A stretch of DNA of 5,179 nucleotides from Dictyostelium discoideum (Eukaryota), in assembly GCA_000004695.1 (NCBI GenBank), contig CH709174.1:1-5179 (forward strand), in the 5' to 3' direction. Below are positions 1 through 5,009 of the stretch, piece by piece. The notes below the pieces were generated by a model, which saw only the letters and a list, made by a program, of their open reading frames with translations, did no database searches and was not told the origin of the DNA. The first letter of the stretch is position 1; the number at the start of each line of letters is the position of its first letter. Both the position numbers and the translations under genes were made by a program.

Positions 1-163
1 TTGTCTCCTCAAAAAGCCCGAAGTAGTCGGTGGCTAACCACAGCCCAACTCACCTTTTGCTCAGGATTTACCCTAAAGGCTATTAACTTTATAACCTCAT
101 CTTTGAGTGCGATTAGCTTTCCTTTTAAACCAGCAAGCTTTCTTGGGGAGCAACAATCTAGTT

Positions 164-955
164 TTAAAAGTTTCTTATTTCCTTGATGACACTTTTCTTC
201 TTTTCTTTGGGAACAAGAAGCTTCATTGATTTTGAATCGATTTGTAATCCGAGAAATGTAATTGATTGAGTTGGTTCAAGAACAATCTTTTCTAGATTCA
301 GCTTGAAACCTAGTTTGACAAGTAAGTCCATTGTCTTTTTGAGGTTGGATAAACATTCTTCTTTTGTTGAACCGACGATTAATAGATCGTCCAAGTAAGC
401 GATTACGGACACGTTGATATCTCTCAACATTCGAAGTACATGTCTTAACAACATTGTAAAGATACGAGGAGCTGTCGATAACCCGAACGGCATTGTTTTC
501 CAACGGTAGTGCGAACCTTTCCACACGAAGCGGAATAAGTCTCTGTATTGCGGATCTACTAAAACGTGGAGGTAGGCTTTCTTGATATCGAGTTTTACCA
601 TGTAATAACCTTGTTTGACCATTGATGGTAGATTCTTGATTCCTTCCATCTTGAATGATTGGTTGTTGATGTAAGTGTTTAACCTTTTTAGATCGAGAAC
701 TGGACGATGTAGATTCGTTCCAGGTTTTGGAACCGTAAACACGTTGGAGTAAAAAACGCGCTTTGAATAACGGTTTGGAAGTACTTGTTCGATAGCATCG
801 TCTAATAACAAGTCTTGTACTTCCTTTGTGATGCAATCTGATTTCGGACCCTCTGGAATTGAAATCGGAATTGGGTTTGGCATCGGCTTGAAATTTGGAA
901 GTAAATGGATTTTTAATCCATTTACGACCTCTTGACAAAAGTTTGGAAGACCCAA
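164..955 (-). CDS. Reverse transcriptase domain of a retroelement pol ORF. RT blocks 1-7 are all present. The ORF ends at a premature stop (KEIRNF*) and the reading continues in another frame below position 164.
   Basis: The translation contains the canonical RT motifs FTVPKPGTNLHRPVLDLKRLN, KLDIKKAYLHV, MPFGLSTAPRIFT, the YXDD box VIAYLDDLLIVG, LVKLGFKLNLEK and ITFLGLQID. The frame differs from the upstream gag-like ORF, which is the usual gag/pol frameshift arrangement. Confidence 0.85.
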   Translation of the reverse strand: MGLPNFCQEVVNGLKIHLLPNFKPMPNPIPISIPEGPKSDCITKEVQDLLLDDAIEQVLPNRYSKRVFYSNVFTVPKPGTNLHRPVLDLKRLNTYINNQSFKMEGIKNLPSMVKQGYYMVKLDIKKAYLHVLVDPQYRDLFRFVWKGSHYRWKTMPFGLSTAPRIFTMLLRHVLRMLRDINVSVIAYLDDLLIVGSTKEECLSNLKKTMDLLVKLGFKLNLEKIVLEPTQSITFLGLQIDSKSMKLLVPKEKKKSVIKEIRNF

Positions 956-1005
956 TTCTTTCCAAACTTGTTTGTGGTGGAACAGACGTCCACCTACTGG
1001 TAAGT

Positions 1006-2007
1006 TTACTTCTTGTTCTTCTGAAAACGGTTGTTGGTACCGTTGGCAGACTTGGTATTGTTGCTACCTGATGCAACATTACTTGGTGACCCATTGAAGT
1101 TGTTAGATCGGCCATTACTCCCACTACTGGATTTACTATTACTACTGTTTCCTGTAGTGTTATTACCACTTGAGTTAACTGATTTCTTGACATTGGACTT
1201 GGAATGATAATTCAATTTTAAAAATGATTGTTTAGCTTCGTTGTTCTTTCTGATTGACTTGGCTAGCTTTCTTACACGTTCAGTTTCAGTTTCATCAAAC
1301 ATCTTTGGTGTATCCTTGATCTTAATTGGTAAGAGTACTTCAGAACCATAGATTTCTTTAGCGATGTTGTTACGACGGACACGACTAAGCGATGCTTGAG
1401 CATTAACGGCTAAGATGATTGCACTCTGAGTTAAGTAACTAATAAGTTCTACATCGACATTAGAGCTATCAGATGATAACATACTTGATATGAGAAGCAA
1501 AGGTTTTAAGCTATCGTTGATTCGCTTTTCGACAATCAACAAGTCAGTATCATTGTTCTTGACGTTGGATGATACAGTAATACCTTCAGGTGTACCGAAT
1601 GGAGCGACATTCACTTGGAAGTTAGATGGAAAGTTGAATACTTTATTCAATTCGGATATCTCATCTTTCTTGAGGATACATTCTTCTTCGACGAGTAAAC
1701 CTTGATTGTTAACCATATGTTTGTACTGACCAAGTAAGGTATCGGATAATTGATAATCGGTTGGAACATCGACATTGTTACTTGATTCATCTTCACTTTG
1801 TTCATTCTCGGTGTCAGAGTTATCATGAGAAGGTTGGCTACGTGAATTAGATGAGAACATAGGTTCTTTCATGAATCTTGTAAAGGCTAAGGAAAGGTTG
1901 TTGATTTGATCCTCCATTGATTTCATTCTTAAATCAAAGGATTCAGAACTATTAAAGGCAGAGGTACTACTACTAGAGGCTTCATTATTATTAACAGTGG
2001 TAGACAT
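1006..2007 (-). CDS. Gag-like ORF1 of the retroelement. It has no CCHC zinc knuckle and ends in an Asn/Ser/Gly-rich low-complexity tail.
   Basis: A 333-aa ORF lies immediately 5' of the RT on the same strand, in a different frame. Its C-terminus is basic and low-complexity (NSSGNNTTGNSSNSKSSSGSNGRSNNFNGSPSNVASGSNNTKSANG...RFQKNKK). This composition is typical of dictyostelid proteins, and the absence of a CCHC motif is consistent with a DIRS-type Gag. Confidence 0.6.
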   Translation of the reverse strand: MSTTVNNNEASSSSTSAFNSSESFDLRMKSMEDQINNLSLAFTRFMKEPMFSSNSRSQPSHDNSDTENEQSEDESSNNVDVPTDYQLSDTLLGQYKHMVNNQGLLVEEECILKKDEISELNKVFNFPSNFQVNVAPFGTPEGITVSSNVKNNDTDLLIVEKRINDSLKPLLLISSMLSSDSSNVDVELISYLTQSAIILAVNAQASLSRVRRNNIAKEIYGSEVLLPIKIKDTPKMFDETETERVRKLAKSIRKNNEAKQSFLKLNYHSKSNVKKSVNSSGNNTTGNSSNSKSSSGSNGRSNNFNGSPSNVASGSNNTKSANGTNNRFQKNKK

Positions 2008-2088
2008 ATGTTGATATCTAAAATTATAATATGAGAAAAATAATAATATTAAAAATTAATAAAGAGAAATAATTATTTGTATAAAATT

Positions 2089-2099
2089 TGTGTGTGTGT
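2089..2099. repeat. (TG)5 microsatellite
   Basis: The run tgtgtgtgtgt is seen directly in the sequence. Confidence 0.9.
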
Positions 2100-2220
2100 A
2101 TCTTAAATATTTATAGGAGGAATTCCCAAATAAAATAAATCAAATTGTTTTAGTTTTTAGTGCCACTATTTATACGTTTTATTTTCTTAAAAATTTCGCA
2201 AAACTCAAAAAAATAAGTGT

Positions 2221-2326
2221 TTTCGACCCTTCACAACTTTGTGCATTGTGTCGGTTCGGAATTTTTATTTTTTTCGACCTTGCACAATTATCGCGTCATT
2301 GTACCGGTTCGAAATTTTTACTTTTC
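2221..2326. repeat. Two tandem, imperfect ~52-bp repeats within the putative terminal-repeat region
   Basis: tttcgacccttcacaactttgtgcattgtgtcggttcggaatttttattttt is followed by tttcgaccttgcacaattatcgcgtcattgtaccggttcgaaatttttacttttc, with roughly 80% identity. A third partial start, tttcgaaaa, follows at 2326. Confidence 0.8.
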
Positions 2327-2348
2327 TTTCGAAAATTTTTTATTCTTC

Positions 2349-2366
2349 GAATGTTCTAGAACATTC
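2349..2366. promoter_or_regulatory. Perfect 18-bp palindrome gaatgttctagaacattc, which is four contiguous alternating nGAAn/nTTCn pentamers (a heat-shock-element consensus array)
   Basis: Read in 5-bp units, cGAAt gTTCt aGAAc aTTCt gives four consecutive perfect pentamers. The site lies ~340 bp upstream of the retroelement ORF1 start on the minus strand. Confidence 0.7.
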
Positions 2367-2389
2367 TAAAAAATTATCTTAAATATTTG
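2349..2389. repeat. Left copy of a 41-bp inverted repeat (IR-L)
   Basis: gaatgttctagaacattctaaaaaattatcttaaatatttg matches the reverse complement of 4403-4443 at 39 of 41 positions. Confidence 0.9.
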
Positions 2390-2587
2390 GGAAATTCAAA
2401 TAAATAAATGTTATTCATAATATATATATATATGATAATATAAATTCATAATCTGAAGCCATTACAACCCATTATTGATGAACTTTCTAAGAAGCACTAC
2501 AGTAAGTAGTTCTTTTTGACAAAGGTCTTCGATAATATGAAATACCAAGGGATTTTTCTAGGTTCGTTTAATTAAAGAGGACCTATC

Positions 2588-2692
2588 ATGCAAAACACCA
2601 ACGCGGAAAAACTTCAACAAGAAGTATATCAGCATTCGAATATTAATTCATGCGACCCACCAAACTTACTAAATAGACTCCGGCTTCCTTGA
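2588..2692 (+). CDS. Small 34-aa ORF (MQNTNAEKLQQEVYQHSNINSCDPPNLLNRLRLP) preceded by a strong Shine-Dalgarno-like motif. Function unknown.
   Basis: AAAGAGGA at 2574-2581 lies 6 nt upstream of the ATG at 2588. The ORF sits upstream of the ATP-grasp-like ORF. It is too short to appear in the ORF track. Confidence 0.3.
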   Translation: MQNTNAEKLQQEVYQHSNINSCDPPNLLNRLRLP

Positions 2693-2809
2693 GTCGTTTA
2701 GCCAGCGTGATTGATTATATCCGTCAATACGAAGCAAAAACCGTTGCGTAACTATTTGGTCAGAGTGGGAAAACAGCTCTGACTTTATGCCAGCCTATGG
2801 AGTAAAGTC

Positions 2810-3298
2810 ATGAAAATCATTGTACAAGCACATGGCACAAACGTATACCATCGGGAAGAACAAAAAGTCCATGATTATGTTAAAGACTTTATTCCGTTGG
2901 GTTTATCGCAGCTAAAAAAGAAAACTGATCTCATTGAATCCGCCGTTTGGTTATGTGAGGTCGTGGAGTGGGGTAGCGAATGGCAGTTCTACTTACAGGA
3001 TGATGTAGTTGTCTACAAGGCACCGTATAAAGGAGCCACAAAACCAGACATCCGTATTGTAGATGACATGATACAGAGGCTCCAGTACTGTTCTACTGGA
3101 CCTAATACCTACGCTTTAGATGTAGATGTACTAAGTTCAGGTAAAACTGCATTAATAGAAATGAATGATGCATTTGCTGTCAGCGCCGAGACATTCCCGC
3201 AGACATCTATACTGAATGGTTATTCTCTCGCTGGAATTCGTAAATGGCGTAATCCAGGAGTTTTCAGGTCTACATCATCAAGGTGTAGATGTGAATAA
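2810..3298 (+). CDS. ATP-grasp fold protein (C-terminal catalytic-domain-like), 162 aa. It may be a truncated or short ATP-grasp ligase.
   Basis: The segment YALDVDVLSSGKTALIEMNDAFAVSAE resembles the conserved ATP-grasp C-terminal motif (..GVDxx...G...vlEvN..P..), and it is preceded by an E..R-containing beta region. GGAG lies 7 nt upstream of the ATG. The stop codon of an upstream reading frame overlaps this RBS. Codon usage is enterobacterial or phage-like. Confidence 0.55.
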   Translation: MKIIVQAHGTNVYHREEQKVHDYVKDFIPLGLSQLKKKTDLIESAVWLCEVVEWGSEWQFYLQDDVVVYKAPYKGATKPDIRIVDDMIQRLQYCSTGPNTYALDVDVLSSGKTALIEMNDAFAVSAETFPQTSILNGYSLAGIRKWRNPGVFRSTSSRCRCE

Positions 3299-3330
3299 AA
3301 CCCCCTGTAATAACTGAAAAAGGAAATACC

Positions 3331-3624
3331 ATGTCCGATGTAATCGCACAACAAAACCAACATGCTGTTCAGCAGTATCCAAATGAAATTCCATCAGGAA
3401 TTACATTGTTCATCGAGTTTGTTCATAGCGCTCTGGGAAATCTGCAAGAGAAATCCTTGCTGCCGGACCTGGTACCCACTACTCGCGGTGTAGTCGTTCG
3501 TCAGGAAAACCAAAACCCACTGAATACGTTGTCTGCGGTTGCCCCAACCGTCCTGAACATTTACGGTAACCAAAGGCCATCGCCCTGTGTGAATGCCGCA
3601 CCGCATCTGCTCTATCTGGCCTAA
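3331..3624 (+). CDS. Hypothetical protein, 97 aa. The same frame stays open through two in-frame TAA codons as far as 3930, so this may be a nonsense-interrupted pseudogene or a longer gene.
   Basis: AAGGAA lies 5 nt upstream of the ATG. Codon choice is strongly ctg/ccg/cgt/gcc. The frame continues open from 3625 to 3780 with the same codon bias after the TAA at 3622-3624. Confidence 0.45.
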   Translation: MSDVIAQQNQHAVQQYPNEIPSGITLFIEFVHSALGNLQEKSLLPDLVPTTRGVVVRQENQNPLNTLSAVAPTVLNIYGNQRPSPCVNAAPHLLYLA

Positions 3625-3852
3625 GATCTGCTGTGTACCGGTCTGATCGATGCCGAGTGTTTAGCGCTGTATAGCCCGATTCAAACCAACAACACCATCC
3701 CAATACGTTCCCGTCATGCCAAACCTGACTGGATTGTACTGCAGAGTCCAACTACGAAGAACTTATCAAAACTTATCAGGTAACTCAGGACTCTCCGTTC
3801 CGTTAAAATAACTTTATTGCAAGGATTGAAAAAGCTTGATCTTAGTTTAGTT

Positions 3853-4242
3853 ATGGCGTTAGTATTCATGGTTACTGGTTTCGCTACTGATATCACCCAG
3901 CGTGTAGGCTGTGGAATCGAACACTGGTAGTAACTATTTCTCTACAACAACTCAAGGCGAAGAAGTTGCGATCGAGTGTTTGAATAGTACAGTCGTTGCA
4001 AGTATCACTTATGCAGACGGGCGCACCCTCTAAAGGTGATCCTATTGGGGTCTACACGGAAAATGGTGTCTTTGTCTTATCTTGCAAATCGCAGTCCGTT
4101 GCAGTTCGTAAACAGTTCTGGGGATATTATCCAGTCTGCTAAAGGACAATTGCAATTTGCAAGTACCGTGGGTGAGTCCTGCGTGTATTCAGCAACCAGT
4201 CTAGGAAAGTTATTTAAAGACATTGGCTCTAACTGTAATTAA
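3853..4242 (+). pseudogene. Possible decayed gene for a small secreted, Cys-containing protein. A signal-peptide-like N-terminus is followed by short ORFs in successively +1-shifted frames.
   Basis: The sequence (L)KKLDLSLVMALVFMVTGFATD... resembles a signal peptide. Four ORF segments of ~100 nt each (ending at 3930, 4033, 4142 and 4242) run in frames 1, 2, 0 and 1 with plausible peptide sequences, for example GDPIGVYTENGVFVLSCKSQSVAVRKQFWGYYPVC. Overlapping open frames could also arise by chance at this GC content. Confidence 0.25.
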
Positions 4243-4402
4243 CCATTAAGCCGCTCCTTAATTGGGGCTGCTGTTTCACTTGAGGTTATTTTTTATGTTC
4301 TCACACATTGTGGCCATGCACCCTACCTTTATCAATTTCAGAAATCGAAGCGGTTATTGGTCAATATCGTGTTTGCGTACTGTATAACTTTGCCTCTGGT
4401 GA

Positions 4403-4443
4403 CAAATATCTAAGACAATTTTTTAGAATGTTCTAGAACATTC
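4403..4443. repeat. Right copy of the 41-bp inverted repeat (IR-R). Its outer 18 bp (4426-4443) is the same HSE palindrome.
   Basis: The reverse complement of 4403-4443 is gaatgttctagaacattctaaaaaattgtcttagatatttg, which differs from 2349-2389 at 2 positions. Confidence 0.9.
4426..4443. promoter_or_regulatory. Second copy of the perfect HSE palindrome gaatgttctagaacattc
   Basis: aGAAt gTTCt aGAAc aTTCa gives four perfect pentamers. It is identical to 2349-2366. Confidence 0.7.
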
Positions 4444-4459
4444 AAAAAACACAGCGGCT

Positions 4460-4498
4460 TTATAAGTATACTTTATAAGTACTACTTAATAAGTACAC
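4460..4498. repeat. Three tandem ~13-bp units (tttataagtatac / tttataagtactac / ttaataagtacac)
   Basis: The units are seen directly in the sequence. Confidence 0.8.
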
Positions 4499-4536
4499 TT
4501 ATTAATATATATTAATAATTAATTATTATTCTTTAA

Positions 4537-4652
4537 AATGTTTTATATGTGAATTGAACCCGCGACCTCCCTTTTCAGAAGTTCCGAGGTGGGGAATGTT
4601 TTATATGGGAATCGAACCTGCGACCTCCCTTTCCGGAAGTTCCGTTTAGAGG
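4537..4652 (-). repeat. Two tandem 58-bp units, each containing a tRNA 3'-half or B-box-like motif (GGTTCGATTCC on the minus strand). They resemble extra-B-box elements downstream of a tRNA.
   Basis: Units 4537-4594 and 4595-4652 are ~85% identical. The reverse complement of each contains GAGGTCGC(A/G)GGTTC(G/A)ATTC, which matches the T-arm/B-box consensus GGTTCGANTCC. Each unit also carries a GGAAgTTCC inverted repeat. Confidence 0.6.
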
Positions 4653-4660
4653 AAAAAAGT

Positions 4661-4728
4661 TGCATATGGGAATCGAACCCGTGACCTCTTAAATTAAGCT
4701 ATCTCTCTACCATATGAGCTAAATAAGC
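4661..4728 (-). pseudogene. tRNA-derived pseudogene or tRNA-like element. It is followed on the minus strand by T6, a Pol III terminator-like run, at 4654-4659.
   Basis: The minus-strand reading is GCTTATT TA GCTC ATATGGTA GAGA ... CTTAA T TTAAG AGGTC ACGGG TTCGATT CCCAT ATGCA. The D-arm TAGCTCATATGGTAGAG (A14, G18G19 and A21 present), the variable loop AGGTC and the T-arm are all tRNA-like. The anticodon loop is reduced to 1 nt, the acceptor stem does not pair, and the total length is ~68 nt, so this is not a functional tRNA. Confidence 0.5.
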
Positions 4729-4797
4729 TTTTATTATTTTTCAATATTAATAGCTGAAATATTAATGTAAAAAATTTAAAAAAAATAATAAAAAAAA

Positions 4798-4927
4798 TGA
4801 AACTATAAAACATAAATAAAATGATATGTTTTATTTTTTAATTTAAAGTTGTATAAATGTTTGTGAATACACTGAGAAATAATATTCAGAATATTTCTGA
4901 AACTATAAAACATAAAAAAAATGATAT
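4798..4927. repeat. Pair of 30-bp direct repeats (tgaaactataaaacataaa[t/a]aaaatgatat) at 4798-4827 and 4898-4927
   Basis: 29 of 30 positions are identical. The interval between the copies contains a 6-bp-stem inverted repeat, tcagaa tat ttctga, at 4886-4900. Confidence 0.8.
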
Positions 4928-4976
4928 ATTCAGAATAATATAAAGAATAACATAATCTTTCTAAAAAACTTATAAT

Positions 4977-4980
<4 letters not shown>

Positions 4981-5009
<29 letters not shown>

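Larger units (their letters stand above)
1..2389 (-). mobile_element. 5' portion of a DIRS-1-like retroelement, comprising a terminal-repeat region, ORF1 and RT. It is truncated by the window edge. Assignment to the DIRS family is tentative.
   Basis: The order on the minus strand is a ~380-bp non-coding terminal region (2008-2389) containing an HSE, then ORF1 of ~1 kb, then RT. It is established that Dictyostelium DIRS-1 has ~330-bp inverted terminal repeats carrying heat-shock promoter elements, an ORF1 of ~1 kb, and an RT near the start of ORF2. A family call would need homology searches. Confidence 0.5.

Noticed and set aside
1-186. Plus-strand 61-aa ORF at the window start, and the plus-strand ORF at 1490-1705
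   Set aside because: Both are antisense to the retroelement pol and gag reading frames and have no independent signals.
276-1193. 305-aa minus-strand ORF overlapping the RT and the end of gag in a third frame
   Set aside because: It has no recognisable motifs and its composition is that of an alternate-frame read-through of the RT coding sequence. The RT frame carries all conserved blocks, so this ORF is treated as spurious.
2516-2540. Sigma-70-like promoter, with a perfect TTGACA at 2516-2521 upstream of the small ORF
   Set aside because: No acceptable -10 hexamer lies 16-19 bp downstream. The gataat and taatat candidates are only 9-11 bp away.
3394-3896. Three minus-strand ORFs (3394-3606, 3479-3751, 3714-3896)
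   Set aside because: They are antisense shadows of the codon-biased plus-strand coding region, where stop codons are depleted on both strands. They have no RBS and their peptides are Arg/Trp/Cys-rich and look random.
2349-4443. An engineered vector or cloning cassette, suggested by PacI at 2568, XbaI inside both palindromes, BglII directly after the stop at 3625, and ClaI, PstI, KpnI and AgeI nearby
   Set aside because: The number of 6-bp sites is within chance expectation for ~5 kb. No recognisable vector parts such as an ori, resistance marker or known promoter are visible. I cannot exclude an engineered origin without database searches.
2340-4452. Target-site duplication flanking the IR-bounded unit
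   Set aside because: The sequences immediately outside the inverted repeats (tattcttc on the left, aaaaaaca on the right) show no direct repeat of 2-10 bp.
4537-4728. Possible CRISPR-like array, given three ~58-bp repeated units
   Set aside because: The units are tRNA-derived and contain T-arm/B-box sequence. They are contiguous tandem copies without unique spacers and lie in eukaryote-like DNA.
4661-4728. A functional tRNA gene
   Set aside because: The acceptor stem does not pair, the anticodon loop is reduced to a single nucleotide within a CTTAA/TTAAG palindrome, and the element is only ~68 nt long. It is called a pseudogene instead.
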